Of a stretch of DNA of 64,000 nucleotides, positions 40,168-53,840 are shown one piece after another; positions within the stretch are counted from its first letter, which is position 1; each line of letters begins with the position of its first letter. This stretch comes from Octopus vulgaris (lineage: Eukaryota): positions 32,364,001-32,428,000 of the forward strand of contig OX597820.1 of the NCBI GenBank assembly GCA_951406725.2, read 5' to 3'. The position numbers and the translations under genes were made by a program. A model generated the notes under the pieces. The model saw only the letters and a program-made list of their open reading frames with translations, did not search any database and was not told where the DNA came from.

Positions 40168-40721
40168 GAGTGAGCGAGCAGAGCATGCCATCGAAGTGAC
40201 ACTGGGGTAAAATATATGAAGCCCAGTATACCCATCATGACTACCCGTCTGATAAGGGTACACCAGGCACATGCATCACAACCATATGTGCGCGACATGG
40301 TGATCTCATATCAAGATAAACACCACATGACCTTGCAGGTGGAGCCCAGTTAGAATTTTCTTCAGATCGAGTAACCCATACCGCTCAAACGGTCCCTGAA
40401 TAAGGGTTGTTTAAGGATGTTGAAAGAACCACCCATGTTTCCAGAGGTGAACTATTCAAACCCCAAAGAATCCCTCTCAACACATGGCTATGATGCTCCC
40501 CCACTACTTCTGCTTGTGATCAGAGATGCACATATCGTCAGCCACTAAGGGACATGCTCAACTGGTTAAGGTCAAACAACTGACAAGCAAATCTGTGGTA
40601 TTGAGCAGAATATTTGCTGTAGCCCATCTTTTATACCAAGACAAAACAATGTACATGATAACACTTCCAATCAGTTAAGATCAGAAGCCATGAGAGCCAC
40701 TGCCTGGTACTGCATCAGGGC

Positions 40722-40723
<2 letters not shown>
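40168..40723 (-). mobile_element. 556-bp non-coding element embedded in (TAA)n, copy 2
   Basis: Reverse complement of 22847-23402. Confidence 0.85.
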
Positions 40724-40773
<50 letters not shown>

Positions 40774-40822
40774 GTTGTTGTTGTTGTTGTTGTTGTTTAT
40801 TATTATTATTATTATTATTATT

Positions 40823-40864
<42 letters not shown>

Positions 40865-40874
40865 ATTATCATCA

Positions 40875-40911
<37 letters not shown>

Positions 40912-41269
40912 GGTGACGAGCAGGTGAAATAGTTAGCATGTTGGCCTAAATGCTTAGCGGCATTTTTGCCCGTATTCACATTTTGAGTTCAAATTGCACC
41001 GTGGTCGACTTTGCCTTTCATCCTTTCGGGGTTGATAAATTAAGTACCAGTGAAAGACTGGTAATCGACTCATCCCCTCTCCCCAAATCTGCTGCCCTTG
41101 CGGCAAAATTTGAAACTATTATTATTGTTGTGGTTGTTGTTATTAGGGCGGCAAGCTGGCAGAATTAGTAACACACAGGACGAAATGCTTAGCGGCATTT
41201 CTTCAGGCTCTTAAAATACTGTGTTCAAAATCCATCGAGGTTGACTTCGTCTGCCTTCCGTTTATAATA

Positions 41270-41809
41270 TTGGGTTGTCAGGAAAGTTCGTGCCGATTTA
41301 TAGTAGCTTACCTTTCGACTTATTTTAGAGCATGGTTAAGTCCATAAAATAGATTTGACTACACCGCCATTTAGAGCACAGTTTAAGCTATATTTTCGTG
41401 GAAGAAGATTTATGTTCCTATAACCTGTGTTAATTCTGTAACCCTTTAAGATGGAAGATAAGAAAGTTTATTTTCGGCACTTGATGTTTTTGGAACCAGA
41501 CAAAAATTGCTGCAGCTCAGCTGGGATGCGTTGCCCCCACCCTCCATATTCACCAGATATTGCTCCTTCGGATTTCCACTTATTCAGGCCTCTGCAGAAT
41601 AGTCTTAATGGTAAAAATATACCTTGATGAATTCTTTGTCATGAAACCACCTCAATTCTGGGAAGAGGGTATTTTCAAGTTAAAGGGAAGATAGAGACGC
41701 ATTGTGCAACAAAATGGTTCATATTTGGTTGATTAAAAATGCAATGGCAAGTATTTATTGACCTTTTTCTTTCCTTTAAAAATCGGCACGAACTTTCCGG
41801 ACAACCCAA
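41270..41809 (+). mobile_element. Internally deleted mariner element nested in a SINE A copy
   Basis: TIRs TTGGGTTGTCAGGAAAGTTCGTGCCGATTT / AAATCGGCACGAACTTTCCGGACAACCCAA, TA TSD; MEDKKVYFRHL and PYSPDIAPSDFHLF remnants. Confidence 0.92.
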
Positions 41810-43827
41810 TAGATATATTTAAAAAAAGTATCAGTTGAATACTATGGTCGATGTAATCGACTATCTTTCCACCCCAAATTTCAGGCGTTGAGCCATTATA
41901 GGATTACTATTTTTGTTACTAAAGCGGCGTGCTGGTAGAATCGTTAAGCACGCCAGTGAAGATATCTAGAGGCATTTCATCTGTCTTTACGTTCAAATTC
42001 CACCGAAGTCAATTTTGCCTTTCATCCTTTCGGGGTAGATAAAATACGTACCAATTAAGAACTGGGGTCGATGTAATTGACAACCCCACTTCATTGAAAA
42101 TTACTGGTCCTACATCATAATTTTGAAATCCATTATTACTGTTATTAAGACGTTGTGCTGCTGGCATAATCGGTAGCATTTACAAGGAGAATGTTAACGG
42201 TATTTCTTTCTTTTCCCAATTCTTTATGTCTTGAGCTTAAATCCTGCCTTTCATTCTTTTCGGGGTCGATAAAATAAAGTATCAGTCAAGTTCTGGGATT
42301 TATGGTATCGACTAGTCTCTCTTCTCTCTAAATTACTGGCTTTGCGCCCCAAAGCAGAAGTCGTTATGATTATTGTTGCAAATGCGGCTCACTAATAGAA
42401 ACGTTAAAGCATCGGATTAATGTTTGGCGGTGAGTGTTCTGACTCTTAATTCGGATTTCAATGGTAATTCGGATTTCAAAGGAGTAGCACGAACTGATTA
42501 GATTTTGGGATCGATCAGGTACCGGACAAGGATTCTGGATTATATTTCTGGTGTGGTGAGTAGCTTGCTTACCAACCACATGGATCCGGGTTAAGTCCCA
42601 CTGTGTGGCACCTTGGGCAATATATATAGGACGGGCTTCTTTCAGCCTTCGTCTACCAAATCCACTCACAAGGCTTTCATCGGCTCGAAGCTATAGTAAA
42701 AGATATTTGGCCAAGGTGCCACACAGTGGGACCGAACTCGGAACTATGTGGTTGGGAAGCAATACGACGGGTTTTTTTTTAGTTTCCGTCTAGCAAATCC
42801 ACTCACAGTCTTTAGTCGATTCGAGGCTAAAGTGGAAACACTTGCCCAAGGCGCCACGCCATGGGGCTGAATCCGGAACCATGTGCTTAGAAAGCAAGCT
42901 TTTTACATCACAGCCACGCCTGTTTGCTTTCCTTGTTGACGTTGAGGTATTTTCTCGCGGTTTTCATTTAGTTTGTTATTGTTGCCTCTATTATTACTAC
43001 TGCTCTGTTTATAAAATATCTTAGCTTTTTTTTTTATTGTTCTTGTCATTACCTCTGTTTTCATTGCACCCGTTGTTGTTGTTGTTGTTGCTGCTGCTGA
43101 AGTTGTTTTGTCGTTGCTTCCGTTGTTATTCAATTTCTCTTGATTAAAAATGAAAACTGGACGTCGCGGTTGTGTTGTGATGGCGTCATGGATATCAGTG
43201 CTCTCAAATCTATGACGTAAAGGATGCGCGTCTTACATGGACCTTGTTGTGTAAATATTGTTACACCTGCTTTTGTTGTTGTTGTTGTTGTTGTCTGCGT
43301 TAGTTGTTATTCTTTTTTTGTTATTGTTCTTTGTCTAGTTGTCCCTGTTATTGCTGCTATTGTTATTGATGTTAGCAGCGTCAATCTTTGCAATTGCTTT
43401 TACTATCTTTTTACTATGTTTAGTTCCGGTTGAACTCTTTCCAAGATGACGTATGACAAAGAATTCCAACCGTGACCATCACGGCTTTTTTTTAGTAACT
43501 TCATCACAAACCAAATATACAAATCATACGTCTAGCATGCTTTAAAACAATATATTTTATTTATATATCTTTTAGCTTTTGCATGCCCCAGTCATTAGAT
43601 TGCGGCCATACTGGGGCACAGCCTTGAAGAATTTTCAGTCGAATGAACCAACCCCAGTATTTATTTAGGTTTTTAAAACCTGGTACATAAGCACACTAAC
43701 ACCGGTTGTCAACCGATAGTGGGGGACAACTAAAATACAAAGACACACCCATACACACATACATACATACCATACATACACACATATAAACATACATACA
43801 TACATACATACATAATACATACATACA

Positions 43828-43860
<33 letters not shown>

Positions 43861-43904
43861 GCATACATACACACACACATATAAACATACATATATACAT
43901 GCAT

Positions 43905-44463
43905 GGTGGCTGCCCCCTCGTTATCGAGTATGGCAATTGCACGAAGCTTAATCAATGTTGTTATCGTGCAATGCCTGTGCAAGAAGATTTTTTTTTTAAG
44001 TGAGGAAAGGCTGTGCACAGAGTCAATCCCACTCACTAAGCAACAGCAGCCATAATCCGAAAAGAAGAAGAACAAGTCAACATCATCGGTAACCACTGAG
44101 CCGCAGGTTTTATGTCAGAGTTATCTCAGTTACCTGAGTTACCTTCTCCTAGAAGGATGCCCTAACAAAGGCTAAGAGTCCTTCACTCCCAATGGTTTAA
44201 CCGCGCGATCGGGTATTCAGTCCGATTATTTCTATGTCCCCGCGCATGATACAGCCTTAAGACATTTATTGGATGGCCGTTGACTCTCAAGAGTTCCTCC
44301 GCCCTTTGACGGGTTTTGTTTTTCATCCCGCAGGGTGTCCAGTAAACAACCTCCTCACCAAGCAAGCTTGATGGGGTTGCCAGTTTAGTCGTCGACGACC
44401 CGACCATGCAACAAGTTGTACTGGGTTACATGTTACCAGTAGCACTCGAAAATGACCTGACCA
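43905..44463 (-). mobile_element. Non-autonomous RTE-derived element (5' UTR joined to 3' tail)
   Basis: GGGCATCCTTCTAGGAGAAGGTAACTC resembles RTE 5' UTRs. The 3' end TTAAGCTTCGTGCAATTGCCATACTCGATAACGAGGGGGCAGCC matches the RTE ends at 55133-55176. Truncated copy at 53347-53703. Confidence 0.72.
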
Positions 44464-44521
44464 TAATATATACATGCATACATACATGCATACATACATA
44501 CATGCATACATATATACATGC

Positions 44522-44627
<106 letters not shown>

Positions 44628-45551
44628 TTTTATTTTAGCTGTCCCCCACTATCGGTTGATAACCGGTTTTAGTATGCTTATGTCCCCGTAAATTAAACTA
44701 ATGGCGTGAGTCGATTCGTTTGACTGAAATTCTTCAGCATGGCCGCAGTCTGATGAGAACGAGATAAAGAAAAAAGCGAGGATATATATAACCACCACCA
44801 CCACCATCGACAACAACAACAACAACAACGCTACCTCGCCACCATCAAGGTTCCTTACATCATCACCGCCAACATCATCAGTTACACCACCATCACCAGA
44901 CTATCACCATTACCACTTCTACCATCAAAACCACTTGCATCACCACTGCCACATCTCCAGCACCACCGCTACCTCCTCGACAACCATCAAGACTGCTAGC
45001 ATCACCACCACCACCACCACTACACGATCACCAATATCGTCAACACCACCACCATGAGCAACTTCACCACCACAATCACCATCATACGACAGGCTTCTTT
45101 CGGTTTCCGTCAATCAAATCCACTCACAAAGCTTTTGGCCAGCCGGAGGCTATAGCAGAAAACACTTGTCCAAGGTACCACGCAGTGGGATTGAATCCGG
45201 AACCATGTGGTTGGTAAGCAAGTTTCTTACCACAAAGTGTTTATTTTTATAATTCTTTGGTTTGGTATAACGTACAGGACTGCACTTCACGATATTCTCT
45301 AGACCCTTAGGTTAACGTTGCCTTTGAAAGTTGCAGATCAACACAACGGGAGAAATGAATAAGGAGGGATTCCCGAAGGACGAAGCTCTTGGGGAAGAAG
45401 GAATGGATAATGTATAGTAGTTATTACAGGAACTTTGGGGACGGATACAATACGAGTGATGAGGGAGGAAAGTGAAAGATAGATAGACAGGTAAATAAGT
45501 AACTAGATATATAGATAGATGGATAGTTAGATAGTTAAATAGGTAGGTAGG

Positions 45552-45626
<75 letters not shown>

Positions 45627-45869
45627 TTGGATGAATGGATGGATGAATGGATGGATGAATGGATGGATGGATGGAGACATAGACAGAGGGTTAGACAGGT
45701 AGACAGATAGATAAATAGACAAACAGATAGATGGATAAATAGAGAAATCGATGGATAGATAGATAGAAAAATAGACAGACAGAGAGATACACAGACAGAC
45801 AGACAGACAAGCAAATAAACAGACAGAGTGACCGAATGCTATATATGTATATAAATACATTAATCCCCC

Positions 45870-46058
45870 AAAATGCTGAACAAACACACACAAAAAACCG
45901 ACAACGTGAGGACGTGGTAAATATAAAGTATTAGCAGATGCTCGGGGAAGGAAAGAAATGTGGTTTAACGTTTCGAGCAACGCTCTTCTTAAGAAACAGA
46001 GGAAAATCCAAAAGAAAAGGAAGACGGAGGGAGAAAATCGCCAACGATTCACATGTGG
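45870..46058 (-). mobile_element. Hammerhead-bearing short element, family A (core mutated)
   Basis: Minus strand GTTT-CTTAAGA-AGAGCGTTGCTC-GAAA-CG-TT-AAAC at 45963-45997. Confidence 0.65.
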
Positions 46059-46059
46059 T

Positions 46060-46146
<87 letters not shown>

Positions 46147-46389
46147 AGAAAAACGGAGATATAGATAAATGACTATTCATGGATAGACAGAGAGACAGAT
46201 AGATGGGTAAATAGACAGACAGAGTGACAGAAAGCTATACCACCCTGTACATAACTCCATGTCCCCCTACATGGTCTTGCTTTTTGCTTTTTGTGCCAAA
46301 AAATTAACTTAACTTAACTAACTTAACTTAAATACATACATACATACATACATACATACATACATGTGTGTGAATGTGTAGATGGTTAA

Positions 46390-46483
<94 letters not shown>

Positions 46484-46797
46484 GAAGTGAGTGTGACAGA
46501 CGGAGAGAAAGAGACTGATTGCGTGAGATAAGGTGAACGAGCAAGAACTAAAGACGATCAAAAAAAAAAAAATGGAAGACAGAGTGACTGGTGGAACTCG
46601 AACCGGAAGAACTAATAGACATGTCACTTCATATCGTACGATATATAAATATTTGCAATGATTGGATTAGAATATCAGACGATTGTGTGTCGCACAAGCT
46701 TATATACACTGGCAAATGCATTAAAGTGATATACGAATATGTAAAGGCACAAACGAATATATATACACAATGTCTGTGTTTGCATGCTTTTCATTAT

Positions 46798-46840
<43 letters not shown>

Positions 46841-47003
46841 AACACACACACACAAACACACACAAACACACACACATACACACACACATAAAATCAAAAT
46901 AAGCAACAGGATATCAAGTAGTAATATATATGTGGTGGTGTGGTACAAACAAACACACATACATATATATATATATACGCGCGCACACACACTCTCACAC
47001 ACA

Positions 47004-47042
<39 letters not shown>

Positions 47043-47044
47043 TT

Positions 47045-47183
47045 CGCTGTGTAGTAAGAGGCTTGCTTACCAACCACATGGTTCCGGATTCAGTCCCATT
47101 ACGTGGCGTCATCTACTATAGCTTCGGGCCGACCAAAGCCCTGTGAGTGGATTTGGTAGACAGAGACTGAAAGAAGCTCGTCG

Positions 47184-47215
<32 letters not shown>

Positions 47216-47390
47216 TGTGTGTGTGTGCGCGCGCGTGTCGACAACCGGTGCTGGTGTGCTTACGTCTCCGTAACTCAGTGGGCTTTAAAAAATACGTCCT
47301 GGGGTTGATTTACTGACTAAAAAAAAACCTTCAAAGCAGTGCTCCAGTATGGCTGCAGTCAAGTAACTGAAACATGTAAAAGAATAAAGC
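47045..47390 (+). mobile_element. tRNA-derived SINE family B with internal microsatellite
   Basis: Head (AGTAAGAGGCTTGCTTACCAACCACATGGTTCCGGATTCAGTCCC), (TA)n/(TG)n middle, CR1-type tail. Head fragments also at 9805, 36705, 42550, 45088, 47415, 49835, 50045 and 60873. Confidence 0.82.
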
Positions 47391-47499
47391 AATACATATA
47401 TATGATGCGGGCGGGACAGTGTGGTAAGAAGCTTGATTCCCAACCTCACGGTTCCGGTTTCAGCCCTACTGCGTGGCACCTTGGGCAAGAGTCTTTTTG

Positions 47500-48600
47500 C
47501 TGTGGTATATGTTCATCTGGAATCTTCGACAGCTGAACTTCGAGCTTCGAAGGCGATTGATGAAAATATCTACGGCAACACCTGGCAGGATATTAAATAG
47601 CTGCGGGCCTTTGAATCTCATACTATTCTGTATTTAATCCTTACGGCTGAGGCGATAGGTGGTTAGTTTGGAACAGTGTAGTAACGTCCTGTTCCAGAGC
47701 TGTTATAACTCACGATGCCAAAGATTGGCACCAGCCCCTCTAGAATCTTCCAGGCGTGTAACACCGCATATCTCTCTCGTCTTTGCTGCAAAGAATTGAG
47801 TCATAATACTTTGTCTCCCAGAAGGCGGTGAGCAGGCAGAAACGTTAGCACGCCTGGCGAAATACTTAGCAGTATTTCGTCTGCCGCTACGTTCTGAGTT
47901 CAAATTCCGCCTAGATCGACTTTCCCTTTCATCCTTTCGAGATCGATTAAATATCTTCCAGTTACGCACTGGGGTCGATATAATCGACTTAATCCGTTTG
48001 TCTGTCTTTGTTTGTCCTCTCTGTGTATAGCTCCTTGTGGGTAGTAAAGAAATAGGTATTTCGTCTGCCGTTACGTTCTGAGTTCAAATTCCACCGAGGT
48101 CGACTTTGCCTTTCATCCTTTCGGGCTCGATAAATTAAGTACCAGTTTCGCACTGGGGTCGATATAATCGACTTAATCCGTTTTTCTGTCCTTGTTTGTC
48201 CCCTCTATGTTTAGCCCCTTGTGGGTAGTAAAGAAATAGGTATTTCCTCTGTCTTTACGTTCTGAGTTCAACTTCCGCCGAAGTCGACTTTGCCTTTCAT
48301 CCTTTCGGGGTCGATAAATTAAGTACCAGTTGCGTACTGGGGTTGATCTAATCGACTGCCCCCTCCCCCGACCCTAACATTTCGGGGCTTGAGCCTAGAG
48401 CAGAAAAGAATACTTTCTCTCCCAGGAACTTAAAAGTTTCTTCGATACAATCATCTGTATAAACAGCACCGTCGAACTGCTTTTAAATTGACTCCGTGGG
48501 CTGACAGAGGAAAAACATAGCTGTCACTGCCCCCGCACCATCATATTTGCTAAATCAGTTTCATAGCTGTTGGGGGCAACATAAAACTTTTATTCGTGGG
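47500..48600 (-). pseudogene. Third, decayed CR1-group LINE 3' fragment
   Basis: LNSLQQRRERYAVLHAWKILEGLVP, FKGPQLFNILP and LSKIPDEH; split by a SINE A trimer. Confidence 0.8.
47822..48408 (+). mobile_element. SINE family A, trimeric copy with 17-bp TSD
   Basis: AATACTTTGTCTCCCAG (47805-47821) and AATACTTTCTCTCCCAG (48409-48425) flank one head plus three body modules. Confidence 0.9.
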
Positions 48601-48865
48601 TTTTCTCACTACTCACGATTTCATCACGTCTATTCTAAACCAGAATACGGGTGTTAGGCTACACACACACACACACACACACGCATACACACACACACAC
48701 ATACACGCACACACGCTCTCACACACACACACACACAAACACATACACGCACACACGCTCACACGCTCACACACACACACACACACAAACACACATACAC
48801 GCACACGTATTGTACCTAACTCTCTTTCGGCTTCACCACCGTTCTTTCTTACACGTAACAGGTTA

Positions 48866-48923
<58 letters not shown>

Positions 48924-49022
48924 CATATATATGTATGTGCGTGTGTGTTTATCCGCATGTATATATATCCATATATATACACATATATATATACTTACAT
49001 ATATGCATATATATGTAGATAC

Positions 49023-49053
<31 letters not shown>

Positions 49054-49781
49054 TGTATGTATGTATGTATGTATGAATGTATATATATATCTATGGGCAT
49101 ATGTTTGTATATATGAACGTCTCCATATACTTGTGTGCGTGTATGAAACTTAAGATCTTGTAATATTTCACACCTCTAAGCTAAAATCTTAAGCTCCTTT
49201 AATCTTTAGTCGTCCAATCACACACTTTCTCACCGGCCAGTTATTGTTATCGTCGTCGTTGTCGTCAACGACGTTGTTGTTATTGTAGGTGTCACTTGTC
49301 GCCGTTGCTATGGTAGTTGTTTTTGTTGTTGTTGTTGTTATAGTATTAATCCGTTTCTATTTGACACACGTAAACGAAAACGTTTACCATTTATTACCTA
49401 TTGTGCCAGGTACAAATCGACTTTATACCTTCCTCATCGCGTCTAACAACCCCACTGTCTCTCTCCTCCTCTCTCTCTCCTCCTCCTCTCTCTCTCCTCC
49501 TCCTCTCTCTCTCCTCCTCCTCTGTCTCTCTACCCATGCACTCTCACACACATATATATACACACAAATACATACACATATATACATATGTCTTTTAATG
49601 AATCTATCTATCTCTTTAGCTACCAAACTCGTTATATATTTTCTGTCGCTGTATATTCTGTAATATCTAACTATATCTATCTCTTTCTTCCTGTGCCTGT
49701 TTGTACCTGTATTTCAAAGGGCCATAAACACACCAACATCAATCGTCTGGCGATGGTGGGAGTACAAACATAGACACACAA

Positions 49782-49828
<47 letters not shown>

Positions 49829-49985
49829 TCTATATATTTCAGTTTCCGCGCACCACATCCACTCACAAGGCTTTGGTCGGCCTGTAGCTACAGTAGACAC
49901 TTGCCCAAGTTACCACGCAGTGGGACTGAAACGGGAACCATGTGGCTGCGAAGCCACCTTCTTACAACACAGCCACTCCTGCACA

Positions 49986-50045
<60 letters not shown>

Positions 50046-50224
50046 GACGCGCTTCTTTCAGTTTCCGTCAACCAAATCCTCCCAAAAGGCTTTGGTTGGC
50101 CTGAGACTATAGTACAAGACACTTGCCCAAGTTGCCAAGTAGTAGGACTGAACCTAGAACCATGTGGTTGTGAAGCGAGCTTTTTACCACAAAGCCAAAC
50201 GCATATACACCTACACACACAAAC

Positions 50225-50427
50225 ATACATGTAGTTGAAATTTATAGAAAAACAAAAGACGAAGTCAGGAGTATAAACTACAAGCAAGTGTAATAGTTTG
50301 ACGCGCAGGATAATGAAAAAGTCATTTAGATTTCGAGCCTACGCTCTTCCATAAAGAGGAATAAGTGAAAATAAAACAGAGAGAGATTGAAAAAAAAATT
50401 GGTAGAATTCAACGGTCCAGCATGGCG
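50225..50427 (-). mobile_element. Hammerhead-bearing short element, family B (degenerate)
   Basis: Reverse complement resembles 51965-52186, including AAGAGCGTAGGCTCGAAA. Confidence 0.6.
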
Positions 50428-50476
50428 ATTATATATATATATACACGAATATATATATATGCACACACACACACAC

Positions 50477-50518
<42 letters not shown>

Positions 50519-51105
50519 ACACACATATATATATATATATATATCTGTATGTATGTATGTATCATGTATGCATGTGTAGATGTGTATGCAAAGAAGAAAG
50601 TGCATAAGTAAGAGTGAAATCATCGATTTTACCAAAAAAGGCAGTGCTACAGCAAGGCTACAGCGGAATATTTGCTATAATTTTCTCCGTGAATGCACGC
50701 CAAAATACGTATATGAATACGTATATACATGCGTATATATTTTGCTAGTGTTACGCGAATTTCGAGAGTTTTTTCCTAAGTACTTTCCCTGTGTAAACAC
50801 TTGTAAACAATTTATACAGATGTATGTATAAATGTGTGTGTGTGTGTGTATAAATATGCATATTTACATATATTAATCGACTTAATCCCTTTGTCTGTCC
50901 TTGTTTGTCCCCTCTATGTTTAGCCCCTTGTGGGCAATAAAGAAATGTGAATAAGTACTCGGCTTACAAAGAATAAGGTCTGGCGGTGAGTCATTCGACT
51001 AAGAAGGCGGTGCTCCAGCAAGGCCGCGGTGAAATATACATGTTGCAAGATTGCTGATGTGAAGCCGTTTGTTGAAACAGATATCATTGTGTTTCCAGAC
51101 TTGCT

Positions 51106-51329
51106 TTTTTCCTTTTTGTCAAATAAACACACGCACTGTATAATCGTTATGCACGCGTTTATTATTGTTCCTTTGTCCGGAAATATTTCGGCGCACATCT
51201 GTGACCTCCTCAGCGCCACTTTCTCTCTTCGTGTGTGCTCTTGGTCTGGTTATTCCATTCTGTTCTTCGATGATATGTATCCTCATATGCCCATGCGTCT
51301 GCGTGCGTGTGTGTACATGTGCGTGTATG

Positions 51330-51369
<40 letters not shown>

Positions 51370-51529
51370 TAATTGTTCTTAGTAGTACTATGACCTTCCC
51401 CTCAGCCCCGTCCCCTACACCGTTGCTGCTGCTGCTGCCCTCGAACCCAACTTTTTGTACAGTTCTTGTTACTCACTGTGTTTCTGTGTTCGCCCACGCT
51501 GCTGCCATCCTGGCAGTAGTAGTAGTAGT

Positions 51530-51577
<48 letters not shown>

Positions 51578-51940
51578 CAGTAGTAGTAGTAGTAGTAGTT
51601 GCTGTTGTTGTTGTTGCCGTTGTTGTTAGTCGTGTTCGTCGGGTTCGAGGGCAGCATCAGCGGCAACCAGGTAGGGACAAGGCTGCGGGGAAGGGTCATA
51701 GTACTACTAAGAACAATGACACATACACACACGCACACAGACACAAACACACACACACAGACGCATGCGCATATAAGGATACATATCATAGAAGAACAGA
51801 ATGGAATAAGCAGAGCAAGAACATACACAAAGACAGAAAGTGTCTTTTCGGACAATCGACATGAATTAGAATAAAAACAGTACTAAACGAATGGAGAACG
51901 AATATATCGTGCGTGTGTTTATTTCAACAAAAAAAAAATG
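51106..51940. repeat. Diverged inverted duplication around an (AGT)n spacer
   Basis: 51106-51452 is complementary to 51637-51940; the same module recurs at 56410-56720 and 58460-58770. Confidence 0.8.
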
Positions 51941-51964
51941 ACCATCCCGAAATATAACAAAATA

Positions 51965-52287
<323 letters not shown>

Positions 52288-52295
52288 TATCTTTA

Positions 52296-52872
52296 TAGCT
52301 GCAGCGTGGAAGGCATTTAAAAGCCATTGAAAGAACACACAAAAACCATTTGATTCATTTCAACATTTAAATTTAATTTGTGTCAAAATATTTTCGTCGT
52401 TTTGAAACCCGGATCTGTTAACTGAACAAATTTCGTGCTGTATCTGTCAGTGATCAGGTTGCAGTTTCAAAGTGACGAAAATATTTTGACACAAATTAAA
52501 TTTAAATGTGTGGAGGCGCATGGCCTAGTGGTTAGAGCAGCGGACTCGCGGTTGAGAGATCGCGGGTTCGAGTATCAGACCGGGCGATGTGTGTGTTTAT
52601 GAGCGAAATACCTAAGTTTCACGCGGCCCCGACAGATGGTAATGGCGAACTTCTGCTGACTCTTTCGTCACAACTTTCTCTCACTCTTTCCTCCTGCATC
52701 TTGGAGCTCGCCTGCAACGGACCGGCGTCCCGTTCAGGTGGGGAACCTATACGCCAAGGAAGCCGAGAACCGGCCTTATGAGCCAGGCACAACAACTAAT
52801 TTAAATGTTGAAGTGAATCTAACGGTGTTTGTTCGTTTTGTAATTGTCTTATAATCCCCTACTACGCTGCAA
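52296..52872. repeat. Fold-back palindrome interrupted by a SINE
   Basis: CATTTAAATTTAATTTGTGTCAAAATATTTTCGTC pairs with GACGAAAATATTTTGACACAAATTAAATTTAAATG; pairing resumes after the SINE. Confidence 0.85.
52510..52797 (+). mobile_element. tRNA-derived SINE family D with 11-bp TSD
   Basis: A box TGGCCTAGTGG, B box GGTTCGAGT; TSD AATTTAAATGT at 52499-52509 and 52798-52808. Confidence 0.9.
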
Positions 52873-53303
52873 TTGTTTTTGTTTCAGCACATGATTTCTG
52901 AACAAGTCACTTGCTATGCAAGAACAACTCCTATATATATATAATAATAATATAAATAATATATAAATATATGCATATATACATACATATATGTACACAC
53001 CTATTCATATAAATATGCATATATGGATACAGGACATTAAAAAAAAAACCGTAGACAGAATGAGAAACGGTTTTTTTATGTCTTGTTTCTCATTCTGTCT
53101 ACGTTTATTTTTGATTTCCTGTACCCATATATGTATGTATGTATTTTTTTATTCTTTTATTTGTTTGAGTCATTTTGACTGCGGCCATGCTGGATCACCG
53201 CCTTCAGTCGAGCAAATCGACCCCAGTACATATATGTATGTATATATGCATATATTTATATATTATATTATTATATGATCGAACGCCACGCATCCTTTTC
53301 CAA

Positions 53304-53346
<43 letters not shown>

Positions 53347-53351
<5 letters not shown>

Positions 53352-53703
53352 TGCCCCCTCGTTATCGAGTATGGCCATTGCACGAAGCTTAATCAATGTT
53401 GTTATCGTGCAATGCCTGGGCAAGAAGATTTTTTTAAAGTGATGAAAGGCTGTGAACTGAGTCAATCCCTCTCACTAAGCAACAGCAGCCATAATCCGAA
53501 AAGAAGAACAAGTCAACATCATCAGTAACCACTGAGCCGCAGGTTTTATGTCGGAGTTATCCCAGTTACCTGAGTTACCTTCTCCTAGAAGGATGCCCTA
53601 ACAAAGGCTAGGAGTCCTTCACTCCCAATGGTTTAACCGCGCGATCGGGTATTCAGTCCGATTATTTCTATGTCCCCGCGCATGATACAGCCTTAAGACA
53701 TTT
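53347..53703 (-). mobile_element. 5'-truncated non-autonomous RTE-derived element
   Basis: Near-identical to 43905-44268. Confidence 0.78.
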
Positions 53704-53768
53704 ATATATATATATGTATGTATATACACACATATAAATATATACATATATATATATATGTATGTCAA

Positions 53769-53840
53769 TGCACACTAATATAGTGGTAAGTATCCCAGCC
53801 TATCACGCGGTAGACCGGGGTTCGATTGCCTCCCAGGAGG
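53769..53840 (+). pseudogene. tRNA-Asp-derived sequence (anticodon position reads ATC)
   Basis: TAATATAGTGGTAAGTATCCCAGCCTATCACGCGGTAGACCGGGGTTCGATT closely follows metazoan tRNA-Asp(GTC); acceptor stem is broken. More decayed copies near 55297, 57403 and 59549. Confidence 0.85.

Noticed and set aside
53769-53840. Functional tRNA-Asp with ATC anticodon
   Set aside because: The acceptor and T stems are disrupted and the other copies are more decayed; treated as a pseudogene or SINE head.
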